Shown here one piece after another: positions 35,490 to 49,105 of a stretch of 64,000 bases of DNA. The notes under the pieces are model-generated. The model was given only the letters and a program-made list of their open reading frames with translations. It was not told the origin of the DNA and did no database searches. The DNA is taken from NCBI GenBank assembly GCA_964106915.2, contig OZ066929.1. One strand, written 5' to 3'. Positions within the stretch are counted from its first letter, which is position 1. Each line of letters starts with the position of its first letter. The translations under genes were made by a program, and so were the position numbers. The stretch is from Podarcis gaigeae. Lineage: Eukaryota.

Positions 35490-37912
35490 TGTCATATTTG
35501 ATAAGTTCCCTTTTCAGGCTTTGCTTTGGGTTTCTGGACAAGTATGAAAAGTGACAGAACAGTTGCTTAGGTTACGTGGTTACCACTACAACTCTACCTG
35601 ATGTGGAAGAAACCACAGCCAAAAGTGTTCTAAACGTTTGCACGTGAAACCTCTCTCTAGTCCCTGACACATTTGATCCCTGGTAAAGGGTGAGAGATTG
35701 AGTTGTAAACTACATTGCTGTGGCTTCTGTATCCTGTATCCACATGAGAATGTGGATTAAAAAAAACAAAAACAAATCATGGAAGCTATGAAAGCCTTGA
35801 ACTGACAATTTGAGCAGGGAAAATTCATACTCATAGCAGGGATGAGCTGCCTACAAAATCTTCATGTAGCGGTGAGAGTTTGCACACACTGTTTTCTGCT
35901 ACTGGTTGTCACCACCTGAAAACTTTATCGTCCTCACTAGTAGCCTAGTGGAAAAAGGGGAAGCTGTTTAAGACAAATCTTCATTGTACCGCTAGACCTC
36001 ATGTACACTGGGGACTTTTTCACTTGTATCCCCTTTCTGGAAATACATGGAAGCTTGCTTGAAATGGAGGCTGTAGCCTGTCCGTTTCCCATTGGCAAAT
36101 GTGTCACCAAATGTTGAATGTTAGTGCACACAAAGGCATTGAAAAGAAGCAAGGTAGGTCTTTGGTTTTGTGTTTTTGCAGATGAAAGCAAATGCCCATT
36201 GAGAGGAATTTTAGAGAGGTCTAGTTCTCTCTGTTGCCGTGGTTTTTCTATATGGTGAGCTGAAGTTCCACTACACATTTGTACTGCAATTGGTCTGTGA
36301 TGGCCTCCGTTATGCATACATGATTTAATCCCAGTTTCTGAGCCCATACAAAAGGGCCCAGCATTATAGTAGGCTGGTTAAATAAGACGTGGATGTCCTC
36401 TACAGTTGGTTTCACACAACTGGCAAAGACATTGGACTGTGGATAGATAAGTAAGGTTTTATAACTCTGTGGACGATTCAGGTGGGGAGTACTGAGTGAC
36501 CTTGAAGTCTGAAGTCCTCCTCAGCTACAGTAGGACCTTGGAATGTGTCTTTTACTGGGCTGTGGATACTAAAACACATCCTGAGAAACATCTGGGGGGG
36601 TTAATGTTTTAGGGGCTGGATCATGGTCAGCGTTGGGCTTTGGAGGCTTTTCTGTGAAATGTAAGCAGGTGGGGTAACACTGCATGAGTAAAACCAGTGG
36701 AGTGTCAGCCAAGCATCTTGCAGGAGATTTTTGAACAATGGCTCCTGTCTACAGAGCTGCCAATTTGCATCTGTGCCCTCTTGATAGATGCAAAGTTAAA
36801 ACCTTTGTCTCTCTTGCATTGAGAGTAGTTGTGCTTTTCCCTCCTCAAGGCCCTCAGGTTCACTACTAATGCTTTCTTTCCAAATCGCTGCTTGACTGTT
36901 CACCTCTGCTGTTTGTCCACTTGCTTCTCCCTGGAATTTTCAGCATGAAAGCATTTTGAAGTGAGGGCACCCATGTTTTGCATTTGCCAGTTAACTGTCT
37001 TGACTAGAAATAAGTGTCCTTTCCAAGTGCATCTGAGGAGTTTTGGGGGCTACAGTTGACCTTGGTGAACGAGCACAGTCAATGCTATCTGTCTTGTGTG
37101 GCATTGGCTTATCAGTGCTTGAACAGGTATGGCATCCACCGTTCTTGCTCCCCGACTGTAACCATGTGTAACATTTCTCACATTTGAATCCAGTTAAAGT
37201 TTGGGTTCTTTATTTTCCCCCCTTGAAATCTGATAGCCTGACAGCTTGCAAAGACATAATGAGAAGATGTTCAATAGGGAAGCAGCCAAACAGCCCTGGT
37301 GTGGTCTCCATGTGCCATTTCCCTCAGGCAGCATAAAAGGTGGCAAGTTTTAGAATGGAAATAGCGAAGGCGCTTTGGTGTCAAATTCTGGGGCTTGATT
37401 TTTCTTGTTAAGGGAGTAGATTTTCCCCTCCCAAAAGGATTTAATTAATGTCCCTGAGGCAGACTACAGTAACTTCTTGTTGGCACTTTTTCTCACCTGT
37501 AGCTTTGCTGAAGTGTGAGCAGAGCCAATTCCCATCAGTAACTTCCCCACCTTCCCACCTCTTTCAGATTTCGCCCTCTGGCAATGATCTGCAAAGGGTG
37601 CTGTGGGTGAAATTAGGCTGTTGCTCCTTGGTGCTGGACTTCCTGGCAGCTGAGCTCCAGGCAAGCTGCAGCCTGCTTGAGAACAGCTGTCCTGGTTGAT
37701 AGGAAAGTGTGAGGCAGCCTTCCCTTGGGAGCTGCTCACCAACTGCCTCCCAGAATCTGTCTAGATTGGCCAAGCAATGGAAGTCCCTACTGATTGGTGG
37801 CATTGGGCATGAATGTTGCCAACCTTTCTCTCCGCCTTCCCGCCTTCCTCCCTTCTTTTGGTCTGCATCTAAGCTGAGGAAATGAGAGAACATAGCAAGC
37901 TTATCCCTCTGT

Positions 37913-38180
37913 GGCATCATCTGCACTACACATTTAAAGCGGTATCATACCACTTTCAACAGTTATGGCTTCTCCCAAAGAATCCTGGGAGCTCTAGCTT
38001 GTTGAGGGTGCTGAGAGTTATGAGATACCCCATGTCGTCTCACAGAGCTACAGTCCCCAGGATACCATTATTACTTGGGAAGAGAGATGGATTGTTAAAT
38101 CACCCTGGGAATTGTAGTTCTGTGTGGGGAATGGGAGACTCTAGACAATGCCCTTGTTCAGAATCTCAGGAATCTTCGTA
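37913..38180. mobile_element. Degenerate non-autonomous DNA element with internal inverted segments
   Basis: cacagagctacagtccccagg versus cctgggaattgtagttctgtg internal inverted pair; superfamily uncertain. Confidence 0.55.
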
Positions 38181-41100
38181 AGGACTCATCATACCCCCAG
38201 ATCAACTCACCCGGTTTGCAACTGATGTGCCTGCAAGTGGAGAGGAAGCATATATAAGCACTTCCAGAAGGAAAAGATAATTGAGCTATGTGGTCTTTGG
38301 CTGACCTGCACATAGTATATCACAACCATTGCAACGTTCCCTTCCCTCTGTTTGGCTCCATATACAGCACAGATCAGCCAGAGCCCATGGAGGTCAGTTA
38401 CCTTACCAAGGGAGCATCAGTTTACACAAGGCCTCCCAGCGATCAGATTGTGTTGTAACCTGACTGTCACCTCTGTTCTGCTGTCTGGGGAGAATAGAGT
38501 TCTTGTCATTATGGCGGCATTCTGGGAGTGGGCAGAGAGATGGAGGCAGAGAGACCGATTCTGAATGCAGGCTCCTGGGTGGTGGGAGGGCATGAAATAT
38601 TCTTGATCTTTCAACCTTGTGTTGGCTCAGAGGGCCTGATTCTCACTGAGGTGAGACAGATCACTTCAGATTGCATGTAGGAGCTCACATAATGGAATGC
38701 ACCTACACACTGACACACAAAAAACACATGTGTGTGTGTGTATGCACATGTGCGCGCGCACACACACTGCACTCAGAAATTTAACATGGTAGGAATTCCA
38801 GTCTTCCCCCTGATCTGCTATATTCCTATGTGCAAATATTCCTCCTCTCTTTATTTTCTAATTTGGAGGAACATTTCATTATGTGGCCTAGAGAAGTATA
38901 GTGCAGATACATTAGATTTGCTCCAACTCAGTGAGAAGTAGGCCTAAAAAATGCATTGTTTCAATACCTAACTCTTGGTATAATGTTGATATAAGCCACA
39001 CCCACCCACACCATGTTTAACACTAAACCCGATGGCTGAGGTGGAGGCAGATATAGTTTATGGTTTCTGTTTCCAATTGGAAACAGAGCTCCCGAGAGTT
39101 GTCCCATCGATTTCTCAAGCACCGAACTGCTTAGTGTTTATACTCTGAGAAAAGGAAGGCATTTCGCCAATGGCTGCTCCGATTGTCTTATAAGCCACAA
39201 ATGTGTCAGCTTCTTGGAGTAATGTGTGTAGTGAATTTGTTTAGGGAATCTGCCAAACAAAAGTTTAGAGCCTTCGAGTAAAATCAGGGTCTGTTACAAG
39301 CCCAGGAAATTTCGCATGAGGACAGTAGCCAAACCCCATTTCCTACAATGCCAAACAGCTGGTGAGAGGAAAGCCTTACCTCACCTTCCACTGTCACGGC
39401 AGAACCGGGAGCTCAGAAAACTGGAGTAAAAATGATCAGCTTAGTATTCTCTTAAATGTTTGCATTTCAAATCATGCTTCCCAGAACTCCCATCTCCTCC
39501 CCCCCCCCATCCCCAATAAAATGAGACCGATTGCAACCTACCTCATAGGGTTGCTGTAAGTGTAATGCTCTATTCTGCCAGATAAAATGTAAGAAAGAAA
39601 AAAGGAATGTGGAAATGTTTTAAAGATGTGTCAGAGAGAGAAGGGGAGGGAGGGGGGAAGCAAACATGTTTGTGCACTGTGCGTGTTAGCTGCCTGACTT
39701 AAAGAGGGGGTGGGTGGGACTAGATTTAAGAGGGTCTCATCTCTTTTGATGCTGAACTGCCTTGATGCTGGTAGAGGAGAAAAGGTTGATATTAACTAGG
39801 GAGATGTATATATCAAAGTTTTAGAACTGAATTGTAATAATAAAATATAGTTGGTAGCAAATTATTTTATAAATTAATTCCAGACTATATTGAGATGTTT
39901 GGGGTCAATTGGAATCGCTTCTCTTCGTCTCATGGAGCGAGTAGAATTTAAATACCTGTGTGTGCATTTTACAAGGTCGAAACTAGATAAAGATTATCGA
40001 ATACATTGTAAACTAGATACAAAACATACGATAAAAGTATGGTCGTGGTGTGATTACTGCCAATTGTGTTGCTGTTCTAATCACTGAGAATAGGTAAGGT
40101 CAGAAGTAGGCATATTCTGTGACAAATGCGGGTTCTGGGATCAGCCCATAGTGGGAATATTTACTTATTTGTGCACTTGTGCGTAAACTGGACATTGTGA
40201 TAATATGATCTATGTATCAGAATGCAGTTCCCAGCAATGTGCAAGAAAATGAAGGTGGAGTCAATTTGAAAGCACACCATGGGCATGTGCAGTAGCTGCT
40301 TTCCCATGCTGTGAACACCAACCCTACCCTCTATCAGCTACTTGATTCAGTGTGCATTTTTGGCATAATTGCATCTAGCTCCCCCCATGTTCACAGTACC
40401 TTTCAGAGACACTGGAAATGCAGGGGGAGAATAGCTAAGAGCCACAGCCTTTGCTATTGCTTCTGGTTCTCCCTGCTTCTTCCAGGACCTCTCTTTCTTC
40501 CTAGCCAGGCTGAGAGAATACTACTTTTCTCCCTGTCTTTGGCTTAAAATCCCCAGGACCGCTAGGTTAAAACCCGACCCAAAGGGATACCTGTGCTTGC
40601 TGTCTAATTTCTTTTTCTCATTCTGAGTTCCTTTGTTCTCACTAAGAGATTGGAATAAGGGGCTGGAGTCCAGGCCAGGCTTTTTCTGGTCAACAAGTTC
40701 AAAAGTGACTTGTCAGCAGTATGCAGTTCCTGAGATTCAGGCTCTTCTCTCCTCCTGCACAACCAAGTTGATCACTGCCATTTCTGTATTTATTTCAATG
40801 TGATCCTAATGAAGTCCCCTTTTTCATGTGCACATGGAGGCAGACACGTTCTGCCTGTGCTGCTGTCACACCACTCCAAGCCACTCCATCTTCGACGAGA
40901 AGCATGTAAATGTTATGTTTTTTGTTTAATTCTTAGACTGAACTGCAACAAATGCAGGATCCAGAGGGAAGTAGAAAAAGGTGTTTGGGAAACCTGGTGT
41001 TATCAGGTGCAAACATGAGTGACAAGCCATCCGAGGGCAGATTCTCCTGTCAAAACATCTTTCAGTTTATCTTATCTAGCACAGAGTTAACGACTGTCGA

Positions 41101-42040
41101 TTAGGGCTGCTTCTACAGAGGACACTTTTGACATCAACAGAGACCTCTAAGGTAAACTGGCAAAAGCCCTTTTGCTTGGAAGCAAGGCAGGTGTGGATTT
41201 TGAGGACTTTTATTGGCTCTGGTTTGTTTTATAGCCTCACTTTACGACTGGTCTCAGCAGTGTCTCTGTGCACGTTTAGCATTGTTATGTGAGCTGCATG
41301 TGAAAGATCCAGAGAAACAAGGGCAAGGAATTCATTCAGGAGAAACGGAGAATTCAGTGGGGCAGGAGCTGTCCATAAGGAACAGGCCTAGCCATGTCTG
41401 CGCAACAGGACCTGCTGGTTAGACTAGGTTCATCCCTCTGAGGACTGAAACAAGAAGTTAGGCGTGCGCTTGCTAGCTTCTGCAAGAGACCCGTGGAGAC
41501 ACAGCGCCTTTATCAAAGTGTTGCCTGGGGAACCAGTTCGGATCCATTCCTACCAGCAGGGCCAAATATGCTGGCCTTGTCAAGATGTATGAAAAGGACA
41601 GGTCCTTGGGGATTTTTGGCACAGACTTGTCGCTTTTGTCCGGGGCTTGGAAAGGAGGTGCATTTTAAATTTCAATCCATAGCATCTATTTGGGGGCAGA
41701 ATCATCCCCTCCTTGGTGCATACAGTTACTCAGTTTCACTGTCTCCCTCTTCCACATACCTCAGTGTTATTTTTTTAACACTACTGTTAACAAAACATGT
41801 TTTTATTGGTGTGATGTGCTACGATACGTGTGTGTTTGGGAAGCAGGATTCTAGCTGCTCCTTTGTTTTGCCTCCCTGCCATTCACATTGCCCTGCACCA
41901 ACCGCATCTTATGGGTTATTGCGTCATACTTCAGTACACCAGCTCCTTTGACTGCTGTTTTACAATGTTCCCCCCAACCCCAACCCCCAGAAAACCAGGA
42001 AGAATAACTTTTCTTCAGCCTACCAGCTTCGGTAGGCTAC

Positions 42041-43061
42041 TGATGTAAATCCTACCACTATCACCAATTGAAACGGATCCATCCACTGGTTACCAATTAC
42101 AGCGGATTGCATCTCCATACAATTCTATAACCTCCATAGGTTAACTTGTGGTTTTGTGTGAGATAAAACTTTAATACTTTGAGACTCAGGCAGAAGTTGA
42201 ACAAATAAGAAAGATTTATTTTACAGAACAAAGCTGGTAGAACAAATGATGCGTCAGGTGATAAAGCTCTTTCAGGAAACAGTCAATTCTAATTATATTA
42301 AATTTAGTGGATGTTACAAGCTTCTGAAAAGTTAGCAAACACACAGCTTCTTTTAAACTTCAGTTACGTATTTTCAATTATTACTCTTCAGTTAGATGTT
42401 ACAGGTTTCTAGACTAGATGGTAAATGCTTAGGTTCTTTCACATTGTTTCACTTTGGTTCCTTAGACTTAATTGTTGCGGTGTTACAGCTTGTTACTTGG
42501 GTTTTTAACAAGGTATTACTTTCTGTCAGTTTCCCAGCCTCCTATGAATCTCACTCCTGAGGTACATCTCGCAGTATTACAGATCCAGGGGATCACCAAC
42601 CCCTTCTTAACTGGTTTGGGATTATTCCCTTTCTAGAAAATCACTCCCTTCCTGACCAAAACGAGACCCAGGTAGAGTGTATCCTCACAGCTCTACTTCT
42701 CCTTGCCCAAACTCAGCCCTCCCAGTTAACTCTTGTCTGAATGCTCTCACAAGACACTACAAACTGTCATTCTATCTAAGCTCAGAAACTCCTTTCTCTT
42801 GACTCTAGATGTGGATGAGAGTGGATGTTACACACACCTCAGAACCAGCTCTCTAACTCTCCTTCCAGCTCTTTCCCTTAAACTCTCTGTTAAGCTCTCT
42901 CTCAACTATCTCCCAACTATCTTGGGAATGGCTCCTTTTATATTCCCTCCCAAAGTGCTGGCTCCACCTCACTCTACCAATCAGAGAGAGGCTCCAGCCC
43001 TCTGGTGGAATCCTGAGGCACTGCACCCGCAGACTCTGGCCTAGCTCAGCTGTCCGTTACA
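42041..43061 (-). mobile_element. Solo LTR (~1.02 kb), antisense to the host gene
   Basis: TG...CA termini (tgatgtaa...gttaca); flanks gctac / gcttc (4/5 TSD); minus-strand TATAAAA (42936-42942) and AATAAA (42215-42220); CCAAT box at 42977. Confidence 0.7.
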
Positions 43062-43724
43062 GCTTCCCTAAGGCTTTTTACATGCCTGCTCTCCAAACGA
43101 GCTTCAGCTGGCGTAATGCAGTTTTTGTCAATAGGCAGCTTGTTGGCAGAAGCTGCATTAAGCCCTTCCATCGACAGGGCTCTAATCCTGGTCGGATTCC
43201 ACCCCAGCTCCATAAATGATAGAGTCCAACACCATAATTGTGCGCTCATGTGCAAACAACATGCTGCGCTCTCTTGCCCTTATCTAAATGAGAACTAGTG
43301 TGTTGCAGTACCATGGTAGAGAACTGACAGTCACCAGGCTGGGTGCTCCCCCAAGGGGCATGCTTGTCTGGCCTGTAGCATCTCCTTCCTGCTCCCTTGC
43401 CATGCAGTTGAGCTTTGAAATCAGCCTTCTACTGTAGCCAGTTTAAAGCTTTCCCTTAGCTTAATTGTAGAGTGTTCGACTGGGTTTTGGTGGGGGGTGG
43501 GGAGCTCACAGCTGGAGAAGGAAGAATTAACCCACCCCTCTCTGTGAATTGCAGTCCTCCCTCCTGTTGAAAACTCCAGCCTCTCATTTTCAGATGGTCA
43601 CAGTCAGAGAGGGAGGGGTGTGGGTGTGATTTATGTGTGTCTGTGGCCACCCCACATTTTTGCCTTGGCCATGCCTACCAAAGGCATGCAGCCCTTGGGC
43701 CAAAACAGTTTCCCCAACTCTGAT

Positions 43725-43895
43725 GTGGTGGTTGGAGTGTTGGACTTAGACTAGCGAGACCCTGATTCAAATTCCTACCAACCCACAAAGCTCTTTCAGT
43801 GATTTGAGGTCAATCATACATTCTCAGGCAGACCTACCTCACCAGGCTGCTGTGAGGATTAAAGGTGGGGTCATGCATGCCACCCTGAGCTTTTT
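43725..43895 (+). mobile_element. MIR/CORE-like SINE
   Basis: gtggtggttggagtgttggacttagactagcgagaccctgattcaaattcc...acctacctcaccaggctgctgtgaggattaaa. Confidence 0.7.
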
Positions 43896-45252
43896 ATAGA
43901 AAGAGCAGTCTAATGTGGTAGATTGCAGTGGGTTGTCAGTAGCTTTCTCAGTCAGAGCAGCATTTGCCAAAGGAAGGATAGATCCAATGAATGCAAAAAC
44001 TTGTTTCTGCTTGTATAGATGTGAAATTCAACATACTGCATTCATATAAAAGGAAGAAGGGGGTATCCCTATGAAAGGGAAAGTTCCCGGTGCTCCATTT
44101 GATGTACCAGAATGAATAGCGCTCTGTTGAAGTTATACATAGGAACCTAGGGAGCTGGTCCATCTAGCTCAGAATTGACAGGCATGATGGCTCTTCGGGA
44201 TTTCAGACAAGGGACACAATCCACCAGTCAGTTTTCCTGCACAAGTCTTGTTTGGTACATTGGTGGTTGACAGGAGAACTGCCTGCTGTATTGTTTCCTC
44301 TGTAATTTGGGAGTTAAGGATAGAGTTTAGCTCTGTTGATAAGTATAGTTTAGCCTAGCAGCTGCCCACTCACCTGGAGCAAATAATGATTCCTTCTGGG
44401 TCAGGAACGTGTCAGGCCCACCACTCAAAACACCCATCTGACAACTAGGAGAGTGTAGGCAGGCAAGCAGGCTGGTTATTCTGTACAAGACTGTGATAAA
44501 GTGTTCATAGGCTGTTTTTCTGTTTATAATCCCTCACCCCATCCCAAAAAAGAGTTGGGGTGGGGTTAAATAGCGTATTAAAAGAGTTCTCTTGACTCTC
44601 TCTAAAAAGTTGATTGAGCCCCTTTTAAAAGTACCAGGATCAATCTTGAAAGGATTAAGTAATTGGAATGGGGGGAAAGTTTTATTTTGTTATCCTTGCA
44701 GCCTCCTAGATAAGATCTTAAACTCAGCAGTAGTTATTGATCTTGCGGGCTGGAAAGGATCTCTCAAGATGATGTCCTTCTAACTTCATTAGGTAAGAGA
44801 GCTCCAAAAGGCACTCGGGCTCCTGCTAAGCATGCCAAGCAGGTGAGCCAGGCTGGCTTTGGAGGCTGGCAGTGTCCAGCTCTCGCCCAGGCCCATACAC
44901 TGCCAGAAAGGCTGTTTGCCCAAAGAGCCATTCTTGCTTTTCACAAGGCATCTAAGAAGGTGGAAGGCAGCATGAAGGGGTTCTTGCTGTGAGGTGAGTG
45001 AGGAATCGGGAGGCCCAGTAATCAGGATGGGTGAAAACCAGGGTGCGGGTTCAAGGAGCAGATGGACAAATCAGGAGGCAGGATCAAAGATTAAGCCCAA
45101 AGTCGGGACTGAAGGACAGTCACAGAACATAGAACCACACCAGACTCAGGGAAGATTTCATTGATTGGAACAGGAAGCCCTATTATATCTCTCTGCAGGA
45201 GGATCCAGTGGCCTTGGTGACACTTGACTGTCCAGAAACATGCTGCAACATA

Positions 45253-45503
45253 CCATATTTTTTGCTCTATAAGACTCACATTTTCCCTCCTAAAAAGTAA
45301 GGGGAAATGTGTGTGTGCGTCTTATGGAGTGAATGCAGGCTGCACAGCTATCACAGAAGCCAGAACAGCAAGAGGGATTGCTGTTTTCACTGCGCAGCAA
45401 TCCCTCTTGCTGTTCTGGCTTCTGAGATTCAGAATATTTTTTTTCTTGTTTTCCTCCTCCAAAAACCTGCGGTCTGGTGCGTCTTATAGAGCGAAAAATA
45501 TGG
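45253..45503. mobile_element. Tc1/mariner (pogo/Tigger-like) MITE with a central perfect hairpin
   Basis: TA|ccatattttttgctctataagactcac ... gtgcgtcttatagagcgaaaaatatgg|TA. Confidence 0.9.
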
Positions 45504-45601
45504 TATGTCATGTGGTAGTTCACCATACAGGGCAGCTGTACACAGATATTGAAAGCCTCTCGATTTAAGTCTCATCAGGTCCTCACAAAGGACTTTATTA
45601 T

Positions 45602-45665
45602 TCATAGAATCATAGAATTGCAGAGTGGGAAGTGACCACGAGGGTCATCTAGTCCAACCCCCAGG
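45602..45665 (-). mobile_element. CR1-type 3' tail fragment (LINE or SINE)
   Basis: tcatagaatcatagaattgcagagtgggaagtgaccacgagggtcatctagtccaacccc. Confidence 0.8.
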
Positions 45666-46139
45666 AATAGTCAGGCAAAAGGAAGGTGGAGCTCTTGATG
45701 CTGTAGGGATGCAGGGATGATCAGGCAGCAGGGTCCTGGTCATGAGGAAATAGCCTTGGAAGTTGGTGGTCCCAGATTCTAGATGGGTATTGAATGTTGC
45801 CATTCCACCCACACAGCAGACTTCCACTTCTGCAACAGAACTTCCCCCTCCTCTGCTCTCCCATGCAGCAGCTCCCCCCGCCCCCACTCCCGGCAAAAGC
45901 CGGGGGAATCTCTGGAGCAGATTTTGGGAGCACACTGGGACAGAAGAGGAAGTGCCATTGCACAAGCGAGACTGCTCATACAGCATTGGATACAACCCTC
46001 CCTTTCTACCCTGCTGCACTCGTTTCTCACCCAGGCACTTATTGCTGGCCATCTCCTATCTACTTTCTGCTCATTCTCAGCAGTTATGCTTTAAGCAAAC
46101 TAGGAACACTTGTTCAGACAAGCCCTGATTCTACTGGGT

Positions 46140-46141
<2 letters not shown>

Positions 46142-46185
<44 letters not shown>
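46142..46185. repeat. (GT)n microsatellite
   Basis: Direct reading. Confidence 0.95.
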
Positions 46186-46188
<3 letters not shown>

Positions 46189-47019
46189 GTGTCTCAGATA
46201 CCGTAAAAGGGAATTTCAACTTAGTTTAGCGGTGTAACCCTTCAGCAATCTCTCTCTGCCCCACATCATCACCCTCCCTCCCTCCCTCCCTTTGGATTTT
46301 GCTTTTAAAGAAAGACGAGGAATTTGGCTTCCAGCAAATCTTGATAAATAAAAGTAATTGTCTAGGTATGGCCAGTTGGTGTAATCACTCTGTTTATTGA
46401 AGGAGACAGGAATGATGTTGTTGGTGAGATATTGTCTAAGCTCCGGCTCAGGATAATGTTTTTCTAAGGAGAAAAATAGCCTTTCATTGTTCTGTACGGA
46501 TGCCAGGAATTCACTTCTGTAGCCGACCTCTGAAATTCTAATTGACGTTTTTATCTACACTATATAAAGATGATTAAGAATTGCTGCCGCTGTTTGTTTA
46601 TTGCTGTCTGGCTCAAGCAAAACAAAGTCATGCATTTTAAAAAAAATTAAAGGAAGATCCTGCAGAAGTTTACCAACAAATGGATTTAGAAGAGGCAGTT
46701 CCATTGCCTAATTTGGCAGTAGCCTTAAGTTGCTTGTGCCGGAGTTCTTTCTTGCCTTCCAAATTCTGCTGCTAAATCACAGGTCTTGCGCATACCTTCA
46801 AGTGACCCTTGGTTCCATTTAACAGTCACTGGAAATTTAACACTTTCCCACCTTGACCATCCTCCAAGGAGCTGTGCACATGTGGTATACATGGGATTAT
46901 CGGTCATCGTTTCTATCATTTTTTTTAAAAAAAAACATAAGTATTTTTAAAATTAAACCAAGCTATTTATAGAATATGTACAAAAAAATTCATTAAAAAA
47001 AACATTTTACACCCAATTC

Positions 47020-47155
47020 CCCCTTCCCAGCCTCCTGATCTTCTTGCAACAAACCTGTGAAGTAGCTTGGGTTGAGGGACCATGCCTTGCTGTCAGAGGC
47101 TATCCAGGAAGCTTCATGTCCAAGAGGGAATTTGAACCCGGGTCTCTTCAGCCCT
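47020..47155 (-). mobile_element. MIR/CORE-like SINE
   Basis: caacaaacctgtgaagtagcttggg...gcttcatgtccaagagggaatttgaacccgggtctc. Confidence 0.65.
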
Positions 47156-48734
47156 AAATAGCATTTTTGGAATGTTGGGTGCTCTGCTGCTTGCAAGTAT
47201 TAGGGCAAATTCAGAAAATCAATGTGTGCCTTCTGAGGCTTCAGTAAGAAGGAATGGGATTTCAGTGAAAAAAGGAGCATGGTTTGGATAGTGTATATTA
47301 ACTCATAAAGAAACCTGGAAAATGAAGAGTTGTAGGAAGCCTTTAAAAATTACTGTTGATGAGTGGTGGGGGTTTTTGCTGTTAAATCTTATAATGGCAC
47401 GGTAGGGAGGGAAATAAGGAATCAGAAGGACTATGTAGACACAGAAGGACCATTAATGAACAAATAGAATTTTATACCTCTCAACAAGTATGCACCAATT
47501 GGTATCACCCTCGCAAAAGTATTGTGGGCACACCTTGTTTCAGAAACTTATTCATAAAATGTAATTTCAAAATGAAAATATGGCTGGAAGTGTTTATACA
47601 GCAGCACAAGCTGCTGAGGTCCCTTCATATGGCAAGATTTGATATACTATAAATCCTACCTGGGTTTATAGATCTTGACTTGTGGTTATGCCACCTGACA
47701 TATTTACATGCACTCTAAGCACTGTACAAAGATTACTTATAAAGTATTGGTGTAGTAAAGAACTTCTACTGTATGTGATGCTTAGTGGCTGTCATCATAA
47801 ATGCCCTTGTCCAGCAATTTGCTTGTGTATACCCCACAGAAGGTATAGTGGCTGTAGTCATTCCCTGATCCACAGGGAACAGCTTTGTTTCCAGATCAGA
47901 GGTGGCAGTGTCAAAATTGGCAGGAAACTCTCTCTTCTCTTGCATGAATAGTGTCCACTGGTTGCACAAGCTGCAGAGAAGTTGACGATTCACACTCACT
48001 CCCATCTATTTCACCATTTAATTCATTTTCCACCAGGGTTGAGAAACCTGGTGCTTTTCATTAATGTTATTTAATTGGAAATTAAGAGAGGAAATTAAGC
48101 AAAGATTCATTAAGGACTTGAAGCCCTCTCTTGTTTCAGTTTTCTTCATGCCAGCCAAACTGGAGTAGCCATCAAGACTGCCTCCCATTAGACCTTTGGT
48201 TCTATATTCGTTTTCATATCCTTTTCCTCCTGACCAGCTTGTTCCAATAGCTATCATTACATCATCAATTTCATGTAGGGAGGGAGGTGATGGCTCCCTG
48301 CTGTGCTGATGGCAACCATGCACGCTATCAGGCCAGCCTTGTGCATTCTGATGTTGCTCCATGTTTAAAAGTCTGTTTGACAGACTTTGGCATACTAGAA
48401 TTTGGAGCAATTCTGACTCAGGTTTTATTTAAGATTCATAACTCCTTTTCTGTGCAAACTAAAAACCTGGTCAAATGGATATATTTATTATTACATTTAT
48501 AGCCATTCGTCGCTCCCAAAAGGAGCTTGGCCAAAGTAAATGGTTTTAAATGTGGTAACATAAGATGCTAAAATTACAGGCACTTTGCTTCTTCCCCTAT
48601 GCCTTCTGACGTTGCACTGCTGGAAGCTAAGCCATGGTCTGGCTTAGCATCACATCAGAACCTTGGTTTGTGGTTTGTTTCTCTCCAGACAAAACAGTGA
48701 GGTGTTACCTGGACTTGTTTGTTTGGTTGGTTGG

Positions 48735-48735
<1 letters not shown>

Positions 48736-48767
<32 letters not shown>

Positions 48768-49105
48768 TAAATTTTCAAAAGATTATAAACATAACACAAA
48801 AGTTCCCATTTCCCAGATGATCAGTTTATCAGATCTTTACATAACCTTGTTAGTGAACTTGGTGAATGCCAGTTGTTGAAACATTCATTAGAAAATCTTG
48901 TAAAAGGGTCTCAAATTTTGTTAATATCTGCATCATGTTTGCTATTCAAAGCGTACACACTTTTCTTGTAACTTTTTCAGATAAAGCAATTGTCCATACA
49001 GTCTGTCACCATTGTGTGATATGTAGATGCTCAAGTCCTTTCTGAGTTTGTGCTATGAGTAGTCATGCCGCCACCAAAAGAAAAGTCGTAAGTCCCTTTT
49101 GTAGT
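48736..49105 (-). mobile_element. L1-clade LINE 3' ORF2 fragment with an adjacent (TG)n tract
   Basis: Minus strand reads LLVAA*LLIAQ...W*QTVW.IA..EK and KI*DPF, resembling the decayed C-terminus of non-mammalian L1 ORF2; (TG)n at 48736-48766. Confidence 0.55.

Noticed and set aside
42017-42038. Small hairpin agcctacc-agcttc-ggtaggct resembling a terminator
   Set aside because: An 8-bp stem is expected by chance, and intrinsic terminators are irrelevant in a vertebrate intron.
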